Notes: generated from the sequence alone by a model not told the origin. Positions 24,701-39,700 are shown, counted from the first letter of the stretch. The stretch is 64,000 nucleotides of DNA from Negaprion brevirostris (GCA_030324005.1 JARDVH010000140.1:20330282-20394281), one strand, 5' to 3'. A program made the numbers and translations.

Positions 24701-27700
24701 AATATTATTAAACTAGAAGGAGTGCAGAAAAGATTTACTAGAATGTTACCAGGACTTATGGTTTGAGTGATAAGGAGAGGCTAGATAGACTGGGATTTTT
24801 TTTCTTAGCATGTGAGGCTTAGCGGGTGATCTTATCAAGGTCTGTAAAATAATGAGGGGCATGGATGAGGTAGATAGTCGATATCTTTTCCCAAAGGTAG
24901 AGGAGTCTAAAACTAGAGGGTGTAGGTTTGAGGGGAGAGATACAAAAGGATCCAGAGGGGCAGTTTTTTTTTCACACACGCAGGGTGGTGTGTGTCTGAA
25001 ACGAGTTGCCAGACGTAGTAGTAGAGGCGGGTACAACTTTTTCTTTTAAAAAGCATTTAGACACATGGGTAAGATGGGTATCGAGGAAGAAGCAGTATGC
25101 TTGTCTTTAGTTTTGTTTTGAAAGGGAAATTGGGAATAGGTTAGTGGTTAAAAACTGGGCAGCATGGACTTGTTGGGCCGAAGGGCCTGTTTCCATGCTG
25201 CAAACATGTTGGGGAACATATTTGGGGAAGTTGGGGAATAGATTTATGCTGCACACAACTATCTTATATTGGTTAGACTAATGGAAATGATATTACTTAT
25301 ACATTTCTGGGTTTTATAAATTGCAAGCTGAAAATTGCATGCTTACAGAGATTGAATAGCCAGCTCAAAAACATAAAATGCTTTTTGTGATCTAAAGTGA
25401 ATGTCCCATTTGGCTTGTAAAATGCAGCTGCTTTGATCCAACGCGCACAGTCCTTGTTTGTTCATTTTTTTTGCATGCTTGTACACAAAACTGATCTTCT
25501 GACTTTCACTCCTGGAACTTGAAAAGGCTGGAAGAAAGGAGAATATTGCTTCCTAACTGGATTTAAACTAACTGGATGCACCCTGGACATTCTCTCTTCC
25601 GGCGCCTTCAGTCAGGAAAATAATACAAAAGTTTGAGGTCACATAGCATCCGACTCGAGGAGAGCTTCTTCCCTGCTGTTGTCAGACTTTTGAATGGACC
25701 TGCATTGCATTAAGTTGATCTTTTTCTACACCCCATGATTGCAACACTACAGTCTGCACATTTTCATTTACTTCTCAGTGAACAGTATGCTTTATCTGTA
25801 CGGTGCACAAGAAACAATACTTTTCGCTGTACACTAATACATGTGACATCAGTAAATCAAAATTTTGAGAAATTTGGATCAAATTTAGAAATACATTTTA
25901 CAAGTCCTTGAGGCCTGAGTCAGCCTCAATGGCATTCTTTATTATTTGGTTGAACAAGGTATTACTATTTTTGTTTTGAGGGAACCTCTCTTTGTGCGCA
26001 GGTTGGGTAGTTTCACTGTATTGGGAGGCTCTTTTGTTTTGGTTTTGGGAAAGTCTTTCCTTTTGTTCTCCAATTACGTAATTTATTTGTTAAAGCATGT
26101 CTCGTAGGTTTTTTTCTGATTTTAATAGTGTTGTGTTTTTGGTGTTCAGTCCTACAGTGGCATTTGCTGACGCTTCATCGTCCTACTTCATGCTATGACT
26201 GGTTGATATCAGCGCCAGCAGTAGATCCTGGCACTATGTTCTTGCACAGACTTTTAAAAGATGGGGTACATTGTGTTCAATAATTGAAGTGATTACATCT
26301 TGTTTTCCAGTATTTGATTCCCTTTAGAATAAGCAATTGTTTTCCTCTTGTTTACACATCTTTCCTATCATAAAAATACTCCCTATCATAACAAAACAAA
26401 AGGCTAGTGTACTGCTTTTGTGGTGAATGGTTAAATAGGCACTGGGGTGTTTTTAATGCTTTTGAACTGGCCAGAAACTACCAAGCAAAGAAAAGGCGCA
26501 TACACTTTGTTTGGCTGTGTCGTAGACGGAGGACTTCCCTCGTAGACATTAAGGCAGTTAAAATAGCTTGGTTGTATTTAGTATTGTGCTGACTATTTGA
26601 GAAAGTAGCATTTGCTCTGCTCAAAAGTCAGCCTTTAGACATAGGATTACACTTGTGGAAGTTGGACAAAGTCAGTGCTTTCGCTATGTTTCTATAATTG
26701 GTATTTCAGCCATATGTACCGAAGTTTTCCTCGTCCTTCAAACATTGCCCAACATGGATTGCCTGATTTTTATTTGTTTTAATTATTTGGAGCTTATCAT
26801 TTTTATAGTGTCAGCATTAATGCATCTGTTACCAGATTGTTTCTTTTGCTATCACAACTGTAAAAGATTTGAAATGCAGATCCAGAACAGTTCCATGGCT
26901 AGGGTGAGACTATTTTGGCACTCACCAGTTAAGCATTTTTTTGAACAGAATTATCTCTTCATGTAAGGGGGAATGGCTCATAAATTTGAAATCTGTAATA
27001 CATTTCCTGAGTGGTAGATTGTGTGACAAACAGCTGAATGGGCACAATGCTGTTCAGCTGTACAAATATGATTTTCTTTTGGCCATCGATGTATATTGTT
27101 TGTCTCGCTTATCAAGAGTAAAATGATTCTCTGCATTGAATAAGACATCCTGTTGAGTTACTTGGATCTAAATTACTTGCCTGTCAAACCTAAGTGGAAG
27201 TTATATATTTGCCTGCAAGAAAGATGAATATTGAATAGTGAAAGATGAATATTGAATAGTTAAAGATTACTTAAATGAAACTTAGCTGCCATCAGGTAGA
27301 AAGCTGAACAACAGCTATTTTTAAAAAGTATTTGAAGGGCAAAAAGCCCTTCAGGTGGTGTGTATTTAGTAGTGTAAATTAAACTCCTTTATTGCTGGCC
27401 TACACTTTTTTAATACATTGTTACCTGTAGATTAAAAAGATGCTCATTGCAATGTGCAGTGGACACTTGCCGTAATAGAACATTTGTCATCTCTGAACCC
27501 AGATGATGAAAATTTGAAATTGAAGCAGAAAGATTTGGTTTCACTGCAAAATGGAAGTATATTATATATTTCAAGTATAAGTTGATGGGCAGGGGAAGAC
27601 CAGTAGGTTCATCAAGTTTGTTGATGGCCGAATGTAATGACTTAAGTATTTCTGGGGGGGGTCACCATCCCATTTAAGATAGAAATGAAAATTGCATTTT

Positions 27701-30700
27701 CTACCTGAGGGCCATTGGTCTGAGCAGAGAAGGCAGGTAATTGAATATTTTTAAGGGGTGGTAGATTCTTGCATGGGAGTCTATGGGTATAGGGGCTGAC
27801 AGGAAAGTAAAGACAACAAACAAATCAGCTATGATCTTCTCAAATGGCCCGCTCCTTCTTATTTGTATGTTCTATCTACTGTAAGAGGTTAAATGCATGG
27901 AAAACATCAGGGAAATTGGTGGAAAAGAAACTTCTGTGAACCCCGTCGACAGTCATAAACAACCTGGAGGCCTCATGGAGCAGGTTTTATTTGCAACTTT
28001 ACTTCTGTATGATGCTGTCTTTGACCCAGTCAAGAACTGATCCAGCCTCCTGTTGATCTCACCAGCCAGGTGACCACGTAATCTATTAAACTGCAATAAT
28101 CTGTCAGTAGGGACATTAGCCATTTAATTATTTTGCAGGCCTTCACCAGGTGGCTTCAAAATCTATGTTGTAAGATAAATAGACCAAGGTTGCTGAGTCT
28201 ATCTGAATGGTAGCTAAGGATTGTAAAGCTAGATATGATTCTTGCAGCATTCTCCCAGACCTTTTCCAAAGTCACTAAAACATTCACTGCACAGAGACAC
28301 CAAAACTGGGTGTCAGTACTCTAAATTCAGTAGCCTTCTATAATGTTGAAATTAAGTCCTTGGATTCATACTACAGTTCTATTAATCCAATCCAATACCT
28401 ATTGGCTTCAGTTACTGTACTTCCGCTCTGGGCGTGAACCTTGAGTGACTTATGCATAGTAACACCAAGATCTTTTTCTCTCTTAGCTTCTTTTATGTTT
28501 CTGCAAATGGTGAGTATTCTTTGGCTTTACCAATATGCATGCCAGTATGTTTAGCCAAATACCTTACTCTTCTAAAGGAACAACGTCATTGTAAGAACAT
28601 TTGCCTGTGTTTCAGCACTTGGTAGCAACTGCCGTAGATGTATTGGAATTCTTGTTAATCCCAGAAAAACACTGTGGGCATTCTGATACGGTGAATAGTT
28701 CTTCAGGAAGAAGCAGACCCTATCTTCTTGAGCAAGGGCAGTATGAGGTGCGCAATGAATGTCGGTCCTGCCAGTTATGTCCACATCTAGTGAACAAAAT
28801 CAAAAATGAAATAAAAGCCTCTTGGCATCCCTGAGCAACTGAATTTACTCGGTGAATAGCTGAACCGTGACTCTCTTTAGCAAATTCTTCTCTTTGGTGC
28901 TGTCATATGCTTCAGATCATCAACAGAATGTCTCCTTGCATATCAAAGGTGATACTTTTCTGCCTTGCTCGCCTGTGATACACCAAGTTCTCAGAGTTGA
29001 CAAAGCCGCACAAGCATTCCATATTGAGGAACACCTTCAAGAAATGAACAAGCACTCTCATGCCTATAAACAGTTTGGTTTGACCATCAGCATGAGAAAA
29101 ACAATTCTGCATTTTTGTCATCGTTGACATTGTGATGCTGGAGATTGTTGATGACTTCACATATCTAGGCTCCATAATCGTCAGTAGTCTATCAACTGAT
29201 GCCGAAATCAGATTGCGCTTTGCAAAAACTGCAGACTGGCCAAATAAGAATGTGGAACAACAGCAACCTTCTGATAACACCAGAAGCTTGCATCTCAGTG
29301 CATTACTCTAGTATGGAGATCTGGGCAGTGTATGCCAGATAGGAGAAAAGGCTGAACAATTTCCACCTTCACTATCTCAGATTGTTCTCGGCAACCTTTG
29401 GCAAGACAAGGTCACCAGCTAGGCATTCTCAAGTTCATCAGCATACAGTTGTTGCTATGCCAACTAAATCTGCACTGGTCGTGTTCGTCAAATGGATGAT
29501 GATTCTATACTGAAAGACCGGCTGTATGGTGAACTGGCCACTGGGTCACAACCTCTTGGGCATCCATATCGCCGTTGCAAGGACACTTGCAAGTGAGATG
29601 TAAAGATTATGAACATTGATACTCACAACTGGGAAGCGTTTGCTGATCGCCATGATCGTTGGAAGGGCATTGGAAAAGGCAAGCCGAAGTGAAAAGCACA
29701 GCTGGCTGAGAAGAAGGCCTGGAGAAAACAGAAGCCGGGGAATATGTACTTCTAAGCCCTTTGTCTTCCACTGCAACAAATGCGGCAGAAACTGTAACAT
29801 TAAAATGAGGTTCCTGAACCACACTGGCCAGTGAATACCAAGAGCTGACCACCAAGGCATGAACCATCATCTTGAGATGGAAGACCACCAGCTGAACTGT
29901 ACTGACCAATGAAGTTACAAAATTCATTGTTGATCTCAGTGGAGGCTTTACAGCAATTAGTTTTGGTATTTTTGAGTTGTAACTAGAAAAATGAACCATC
30001 GTTTGTTTTGTGTTATTACTCGCAGTGACTCCAACTGGAAGTATTATTGTGTGGATATCTGGTAAGTTGTGATATTCTTGCACGTGAATTGCATTTTGAT
30101 TACTTACTGCCACAACTTGTACTGAAAAGTGGAGGGAAAAACAGTGCGGTTTCAATTTCATCTTTGTCTATTGAGTGGGCTTGCTCAATTTTAGCAACCT
30201 TAGTGTGGTGGAGCTATGTTGTTGGAATGCTTCACCCTGAAAACAACTTGAATTTATTTAGTGTTTCAGCATACCAAAGAAGTATTCCAATTTTACTGAA
30301 TTCTGCAACATCATGCAAAGCCTTAACTGAAGGACAGTATCTCAGGCAGTCTGGCATTCTAACAGTATTGCATTGGACTATCAAACTGGTTTTATGCACA
30401 AGTTGTAGAAGAGAATGTCCACCCTCAGTCTTGAATCTTAGATTTGCATGTGCTGTTAGTAGGACCGAGCTATCATCTTGGGGGTAGAAGAATAAGTAGG
30501 TAATAGTGCTGTTTTTTAGAATGTCAGCTCCTGTAGAACTGGTTGTAGTTCTGTGAGTTTCTGGTTTCAGCCTTGGCTATGTGAACATTTTTTGTTTTTT
30601 ACCAATTTTCCCTTGCATATTTTCAGCTATCTACAAGGAATACCATATGTTTGCATGTGGCTTTGTACTATAACAGTTTGATATTTAAACTCTTAAGTTC

Positions 30701-33700
30701 CAAATGCAACAAACTGATCTACTTTCCTCTTTGTTACAGTAACCCTCCGCTCAGTGAGGAGATGCTTCCACCTGGAGACTGGATGTGTCACAGGTGCACA
30801 GTTCGCAGAAAAGTAAGTAGACTCATCTTTTTAAAAAATACACTGAGCTTTACTAGCAGCAGAGGGAAAATAAATTATTCCTCAACTTTATCATCTCCAA
30901 AACAATTAATCTAGCTTCAGCAAGCTACCTTTTTCATTACACAAGCTATCATGACTAAAGCCTATTCAGCTATCAAATGATTTATGTGTGCACTCATTTT
31001 CTGACAACTTCTCTGCCCTTCAGTGCAAAGTGGTTTCCCATATGGGTGGCTGTGGCTGCTGCACACCTTTCACTTCCTTGCCTTTGCCTGCCGTCCAAAC
31101 ATGCCCTGGCGTGCCTTGTTGCCGTCAGGTGGTGGAGGTCCCCAGGAACAGGGCTGCCTACGTGGAAGATCTTCCCCCTTGTCATTGAGGACCTGGGTGG
31201 AGTCGTCTCGTACAACCTCGGGTTGCGTTGGTTCACAGACTGCCAAGATGCAGGTGTCTTTTGCGACCTTGTGGAGTCCGTTGTCTACATCTATGGAAAT
31301 TGTGCTAGGCTACAGACCCTTTTTAGTTTTCTGAAAAACCTGTTATTTTCTTTTTGGTTGCACTTCAGACCACCTCAGTGTATTGATTGAGCCACTGGTG
31401 CAAAGGGCTCAGGGTGGGAGAAGGCCCTGCTCCTGGGAATAGCCACGCTGGCCATTAAGAGGCCCAGACAACAAGTGGTCGAGGGGATCAACCATCCAGA
31501 CTGACTGCCCCTGTTTTGCAGCTATACTTGCTGCTGGGTGTCTTTTGATTTTGAATTGAATTGATTTGATTTATTATTGTCACGTGTATTATAGTGAAAA
31601 GTATTGTTTCTTGCACGTTATACAGACAAAACATACCATTCATAGAGAAGGAAACGAGAGAGTGCAGAATGTAGTGTTACAGTCACAGCTAGGGTGTAGA
31701 GAAAGATCAACTTAATGCAAGGTAAGTCCATTCAAAAGTCTGAGCAGCAGGGAAGAAGCTGTTTTTGAATCGGTTGGTATATGACTTCAGACTTTTGTAT
31801 ATTTTTCCCAAAGGAAGAAAGTGGAAGAGGGAATGTCCAGGGTGTGTGAGGTCCTTAATTATGTTGCTGCTTTGATCAGGCAGCGGGAAGAGTGGACACA
31901 GTCAGTGGATGGGAGGCTGGTTTTTCCTTGGAAAGGGAACAGTCTCTGCTTGCACCAGTGTCTTCTGTGCCTGGTGGGCACCTGGGGAGCGTGGATGGAG
32001 ATGCATTATCAGTTCTTTTTAATCACATTTTGTTTTGATGTTTCAAGTTTCCTTTGAGATTCTGCTAGCTTTGGTTTACTATTCCTTTAAGGAATTGCAT
32101 TTTTAATTTATCCTACAGTTTGTTGATTTAGATTATTTGGTTCACAAAAAGAAGTGCAGTTTAAGTTCACTTATTAGTGTCACAAGAAGGCTTATATTAA
32201 TAATGCAATGAAATCCCCTAGTTGCCACTGGTGCCTATTCAGATACACTGAGGGAGAATTTAGCATGGCCGTTGCATCTAACCAGCATGTTTTTCAGAAC
32301 ATATATGCACACACACGCACACGCACACACACACACCCCCGTGGCAAAAATTAGGTAACTCTCGTTTAAAATTGAGCTGTTTGGAATCATTCTAATTTTA
32401 TTTCAGTTAGCAGTATTCTTTCTTTTGGCAAATCATTGAAGTTTTCTCCCTTCTTCTAGAAACAAGAGAAAAAAGAAAGACTCGGTCAAGTAAATGGAGT
32501 TATGGACAAGCAGACGGTTAAAAGGACAGCATCCCCTACTGTTGACCTGGAATTCTCTGACAAAACTTCCAGTAGAGCACTGGATTCCAGGATGGACAGT
32601 AACTGTAGGTCATTTGCACAAACGAAAGGTTTAGAAAGGCGAGTTAGCCGGCCCGGCACGCCGACATCAAATGCAAGTACTGACACACCCACTTCTGAGC
32701 AGAACGAAGTGGATGATGACATGATTGACGTGGACGACGAAAATGCTGCCATGGAGATGGACTGCTCCCAATTGCAAATAAGGAATCCATTTGAAATACT
32801 TATAGCCGCAGCAATGGAGCGAAATCCAACTCAATTTCAACTTCCAAATGAACTAACTTGTACCACAGCACTTCCAGGTGAGGGAGCCAGTGTTACTACA
32901 CTTGAGTTGCTTATTTTCTTTGTGAGAATCATCCTGCACGTTCCAACATAAGGCTTGCAATCTGTTAACAAATGCAAGCATAATTAAAGATTGCAGCCTC
33001 TATACATTTGTACAATTATAATGTTCGTTATTCCAGATAACTATTTTAATGTAACTGCCACTTTGAGGAGTTACCAGGTGCATGAATAACCTTGCATCAA
33101 TAGAGGTGTTATTTAACTGCGTCTTATTTGTTTATGGGTTTTATTTTGGACGATTGAGTCATGGCAAGATGTCTTCCTTGAGTCAGCTGTGTATTTATTC
33201 AACCTTCTCTGTCAATCAGTAACACTTTGCAGCATTAACCTGATGTGCCCACCAACGTAGAAGTTCCAAACTAAAGGTTGCTTAAAGGCATGCTGATGAG
33301 ACGCGGTGAAGGTGTAATTCCTGACTCTCATATTTGCAAATTCAAAAGAGAACTTTCTCCACTTTGGATGTATTCAGTCTAAAGAAATGAGCACTAGGTT
33401 CTAGATTAAATTTGGCAGTGTTGCTCTTTTTCACATGGAAATTTTTAATGGTGTATGATTTTAAATGACTTGGCCTGTTTTGCCTATTGATGTTTTATTT
33501 AATTACAGCCTCAGAAACTCCACACGAGACTGATAATTTTACAGTAATAGTTGCCCATCTGTACAGGATAAGTGTGTCATCACCTTCAACATTTGTGGGA
33601 CGTTTGTGGAAATTTAATCTTTTGTCAGACGGAATACATTGCCAAATGGTTAATCCAGAATTGTTGGGGTAGCCTTTACATGTACAGGAACATTAGAAGA

Positions 33701-36700
33701 CTTCATGTAGTTCAGTGCCACTGCAAGGTCAGGCCAGATGCCATGGGTACAATTGTAGAGTACTTTTCTTGAAACATTTACAACAGATAAACAAGAAATA
33801 TTATGTAACGTAATGAATACTTGTGAAAAACAGGTGACATTGACATTAGTCTAGCAATGTGAACTTCGAGGTACGGTTGCCCCTTCAATGCACTTCACAG
33901 AGACCTTTCAGAAAGTGTTCAGATTTCAGTAGAAACGTATGGTATCTTTGTGTTACGTTCTGACTATCGAGTAGAACCTTTGCATGTAGTCAGGTCAGGC
34001 TCAGTAATTTTATTTAAATGTGCTATTTACAGCACAGGCTGGACAGCGCAGAACAGTAGGCATGGGAAGTGTTCTACAAAATTACTGGCAAGGCATTATA
34101 TGTATTTGTATGGGCCAATATCCTACACTTTTTACATAGGGATAATGTGTGAACAACGAAATTAATTGAACCTCACTTGTTTGGTTCTTTAGTAACAGTC
34201 TGATTGCTGGCCTCGATATGGAATGAAATCGATGTTTACAATTTATAATATCACATTTATGGTTGAGTTGATTTAAAGCTCTTTTCTCTCTTTCTCTCCC
34301 CCTCCCCATATTGCCTCCAATAAACTCTACTTTTTATTGATGTAAAACAATTAGCAATGGAATAGAGGCCTATGTTTTACTACAGTTATAGACAAATACG
34401 AAAATACATTTCTAATAGCTAACTATAACATAGTGAGAATTCATCTCTGGGTGACTTACTGGAATTACAGATGTATAAATTAACTAAATATTTTCCATGT
34501 CATTTCCTAACAATCTTAGGAAATGTTCCAATCAAGGAATGATTCATTTACAGTGCTGCTGCAGAGGGGAAATGTGAATCTCTTGGCTATTCTACAAAAT
34601 GCTTGTTGACCAGAGAAAAGGTTAGAAACTGAACCAGGTCAAATACTTAACATTTTGGGATTTTGAGTGCAGAATTTCTTCTGTTGCATAAAGGAGCACC
34701 TGTTTTCATTACATCCTGAAATTAGAATCCCCATGTAACTTTTCTAGATGTGTTGGAAAACCACATCTGGTGTTGGATGTTTAGGTTCAGTTTAAAGGTT
34801 GCCATGAGAAGAAACTGACAAATAGCAAAAATGTCAGTGAATTGATTTGTACAAACACGGTCTGTGTTGTATCAATTCTTTCTTCCTCCCCAGTCTTCTT
34901 TGGCTATTTTTTTAATCAGACCCTCTGAAAATAAGCTGAATCAAAGTTGTAAAGCAGCATATTTTTGTTGATTGCTGAGAAGTGCATGGAAAAGGTATTG
35001 GCTGAATTCTGTTTCTGATTATTCGCCTTTCTCACTGCTGCCACTGTCGGGCGTTTCCATTAAACCTGCATTTTCACGAACAAAAGAATGGCTTAGAAAG
35101 CCAGTCGTAGAGTAATGGCCAGATAATCCGAATGTATTTTGTAAAGATAACCAGATTATTTCAGCAGGTTTCATGTGATTTTTCTAGCCTATTGTTGCAT
35201 GTGCAGCAATAACAAGTGCTAATGTACAATAATATAAAGAGTGACTGATTATCTGTATCACATCTATATTTTTGTGAGGTATGTCCCTAAAAACAGAATT
35301 CAGGGCCTGTTTGTCCTTCCATTGATTGGTTAGAAGGCAAAACTGGTAGAGGCCTTCTACTGCAACTGACTTCATGTGAAACAAATTTGTTGTATTAGTC
35401 TAATAATTGTGGGANNNNNNNNNNNNNNNNNNNNNNNNNNNNNNNNNNNNNNNNNNNNNNNNNNNNNNNNNNNNNNNNNNNNNNNNNNNNNNNNNNNNNN
35501 NNNNNNNNNNNNNNAGGAAATAATCTTGTAATCCCATGCTGAAATACTCAAAATCTCTAGTCTTTGTTCTTGTGGCATAAAATTCAACCAGACAAGTATG
35601 AGGTGGTGCATTTGGAGAGGTCAAACAAAGCAAGAGTTTGCATAATAAATGGGAGGATACTGAGAAGTAGCGGAACTGAAGGACGTTGGAGTGAATGTCC
35701 TCTGATCCCTAAAGGTAGCAGGACAGGTTGAGGTGGTTAAGTAGGCAATATGGAATCCTTTCATTTAGCAGTGAAGATTTAAATTATAAGAGCAAGGAGT
35801 TAATACTGGAACTGTACAAAACTTGTAGTTAAGCCACAACTTGAGTAGCATGTGCAGTTCTGGTCACCTCATTACTGAAAGGATGTAATTACACTGGAGA
35901 GACTTACAAGGATATTGCCAGGACTGGAAAATGCAACCATGAGGAAAGATTGGATAGGCTGGTGATTTTTTTTGTTGAAAGAGAGCAGATTTGATTAAAA
36001 GGTTTAAAGTGATGAGAGGTCTAAATCAAGTGGATGGAAAGGGCGTATTTAGTCAATGATGAGAGGACNNNNNNNNNNGAACAATTTTCACCCACAGTTG
36101 TAGGATCTAGAACTCATTTCCTGAAAGGTTAGTAGAAGTAGAAACCTTCAACACATTTAAGAAGTGTCTGGAAATGCACCTTGAATGCCATTAACACACA
36201 GGGCTATGGACCAAATGTTGGAAAGTGGGATTCGCCGAGGTGGCTTTTTTCTTGGCTGGTAGCGACACAATGAGTCAAGTGGCCTCTTTCAGTGCCATAA
36301 CCTTTCTATAAAGACTGGCAAAATTCAATCTCTGCCTTTGTCACTTAACTCAATAAATGGGCCTCACTATATATTTTAGAGTTTTACTACTTTGCCATAT
36401 TGTTTTTAAAATGCATTCTAATTGATTTTAACAGATTACTGTTTCAAAATATATTTTATGATCTCTCCATTAAGTAATTTGATTTGATGTATCAGCCATT
36501 GACATCCACAGCATGAAAGGGATTATTCAGTCCATTGTGCCTGTGCTGACTTTACTGGAGTAATCCAAGATGAACCCGACTCCCCTGCCTTTTCTCCATA
36601 GCGTTCTATCATCTTCTTCAAATATTAATCCAATTTCCCATAAGACATAGTAATTTCTGTCACTTGGTGGCAAACCATTCCATGCTATAACAACTATCTG

Positions 36701-39700
36701 TCGAGACATTTCTCCTAATCTCCGTCCTTGTTCATTTAAATTGATGAATTTTCATCTTTGAGGAGGAGATGTGGTAAATCCTCACTTAAAGCTGTAGTTG
36801 CATTTCAGAAAAGTGCAACCTTATGTGGAAGAACTTGTAAGTGAATTAGATTTTCCTTTTGCAACCAGTGTAAAGCTGTAGTTAGCGTCTATAGCACCTT
36901 TATCAGAAAAAAAATGAAAACAGTTACTCTGTACGTTGAAATACTTGACTAAATTCTANNNNNNNNNNNNNNNNNNNNNNNNNNNNNNNNNNNNNNNNNN
37001 NNNNNNNNNNNNNNNNNNNNNNNNNNNNNNNNNNNNNNNNNNNNNNNNNNNNNNNNNNNNNNNNNNNNNNNNNNNNNNNNNNNNNNNNNNNNNNNNNNNN
37101 NNNNNNNNNNNNNNNNNNNNNNNNNNNNNNNNNNNNNNNNNNNNNNNNNNNNNNNNNNNNNNNNNNNNNNNNNNNNNNNNNNNNNNNNNNNNNNNNNNNN
37201 NNNNNNNNNNNNNNNNNNNNNNNNNNNNNNNNNNNNNNNNNNNNNNNNNNNNNNNNNNNNNNNNNNNNNNNNNNNNNNNNNNNNNNNNNNNNNNNNNNNN
37301 NNNNNNNNGTTGGACAAAATTTAGCGTTAATCCAAACGTCTTGGTTTAACTACAAGCGTTCGTACAGTAATTTAACCAGTCTGCAATACAATTCCGAAAA
37401 CTGCGTAATTTTCTGCTTCAATGAAATAGTCATTCTTTAAAGCTGTAGTTTCCCATCCCTGCCATCAGTCTGTTGAATCTTATTTTTATGGTATGTATAA
37501 CTTTACGTTTATGCTGTAATGAACTGGTATATTGTTTTCTTGCTATGTCTTGAATAATTCATGATTACATTTTTATTCCACTGTATGACTTTAACTGCTT
37601 GCATTTTTAGAGAATTGCTTATTTGAACCCATAACTATCTGTTCATTTCAGATTGTTTCCAGATTTAGTTTGGATTTCATGTATAAAATGAGGCTTGGCT
37701 GAAATGTAAAACTGTCCTATTGCCCCCACAGTAACACAATTTTAAAAAAGCCAACAAAGTTGTCTCAATTTTGTGTAATGAATTCATCATAAACATGATT
37801 TTGAGTAGGTGATGGGGAAATCATCAGTGTTCCTGTTTTTGATTTTCTAACAGTAACCCCAAGTATGTTTGTATGTATCTATTAGTAATATGGTAATCTA
37901 TTTTACGTTGGAGTATCCATTGAGAGGACGAATTCAGGCTTGTTGTGATTCTCTTTCCACACCCACTAGATCTGTAACCCACCAGCACGCAACAAAATTT
38001 GCACAATGGCCACCATGGCAGTGCGTTAAAGGGCACCTATACAACAGCCCAGCCAGGAGTCAGTGTCGAGAGGAAGGGGGGAGATTAATTGAGAAATAAG
38101 TTGAAGTTTAAAACAAACCAGCTTCTGCCATTTTACCTACCAGAAGTGAATTTCTTTGAGTGCAATGTCTTTATTTGACCCATAAATTATTAACTCCATA
38201 TTCTCTGAATCTTTACGTTCATTTTAAAATAGTCTAAGCATAGCCTTGAAAGTGATTTTTGCTTTAACATAAGGAATTGTTATCTTATAGACAACAAATT
38301 CTCAAAACTTAGCGATCTAACAATTTAAAAACAAGTTGGATTTGTATCGCATCTTTGTTCAAAGGACTTCACAGCAGCATTAGAAGTAAAAATTTGACAC
38401 CAGCCGCAAAGGTAGGTACTAGTGCAAATAACCAACAATTTAGGACCAAAGGTGGATTTTAAGGAGTACCATTAGAAGAAGGAAAGAATGACCAAGTGTT
38501 TTAACAATGGAATTCCAGATCTGAAGACCTTGGCAGCTGAAGGCTTTGCTACCGATGTTGAAGCAATTAAACACTGGGGTGAAGAACTAGAATTGGAGGA
38601 GTGCAGATTTGTGAGGCTGGGGGAAATTAGAAATGACCCATGGAGTAATTGGAAACCACACTGGTTGTCGAACTACGAAGAAGTCCCCGCTTCCGTCTAC
38701 TTGCCTACCCTCTGTGTTGAAGCAAAAAAGGTTAAAGGCAATCTAACCATAGGATTAGAAACAATCACATAATCGAAACCAATCTTTACTGTAGATAATG
38801 ACATAAAACTGTATTACACAGGTACCAGTAAAAGAAGACGAAAAGAGGAAACAACAGGGAAGAATGTGAAGAAGGCACAGCATGAACTAGACCACAATGG
38901 CCTAGTCCCATTGCCTGTCAAAGTTTGCTTCACTTGTAACAGGTGGGATTTAATTTCTACTTTTTTCTTGCAAAAAAAAAGCAGAATCCTGAAAAATAAA
39001 ATTGAACATGTGAAAAAAAGTGAGCTATAAAAATCTTTCTGCAGTGCTGAACACTCAGTTCAACCTTGACGTTATTGATTTCCTAGATAATTTTTCAGTT
39101 AATGCAAATTTGCTAAGATTCCTTTATCAGTTATAAATTTAGTTTATATCTGCATGATAATAGCCCACCTGTGTCTACTGCATAATGCTCAGGAAACTGT
39201 TTGCAGCTGGCAAACTGGTTAACTAATCTGTTATGATGCTTGGCAGGTGCAGTTTTTCTTTGAGTGTCCCACCATCTTAGACTAGTTGTGATCTTGTCAT
39301 CTTGAGAATTGCAGGTAAAACTGCAGCCTCCACTTTCTGCTCAAAGTAAACCAACACATTTGAGCTCCTAAAATACTGCAATTGAATGAATGCTAGGTGC
39401 TCATTTTGCATGTTAAAAATCCACTAGATGTTCCAACTGTGGATAAGTCTGTAATTGTATTGAACAGAATTAAGACATTCTACTGCGATCGTTTTTGAAA
39501 TGTTAATCTTAATGTTCTATTTTGAAACATGATTTCTGAAGGAATTCCAATTTTGGTTCAGTGGATATGACATTATTCCTCAGTGCTTTCTTAAAAGCTT
39601 TCTCATTTAAACATAAAATTGATGGGTGATTTATTTCCTTAAAATGGTAGATTCTCTTTAGGAAAGAGGCATCTGAGAATATACAGTAGATCATGATAAT

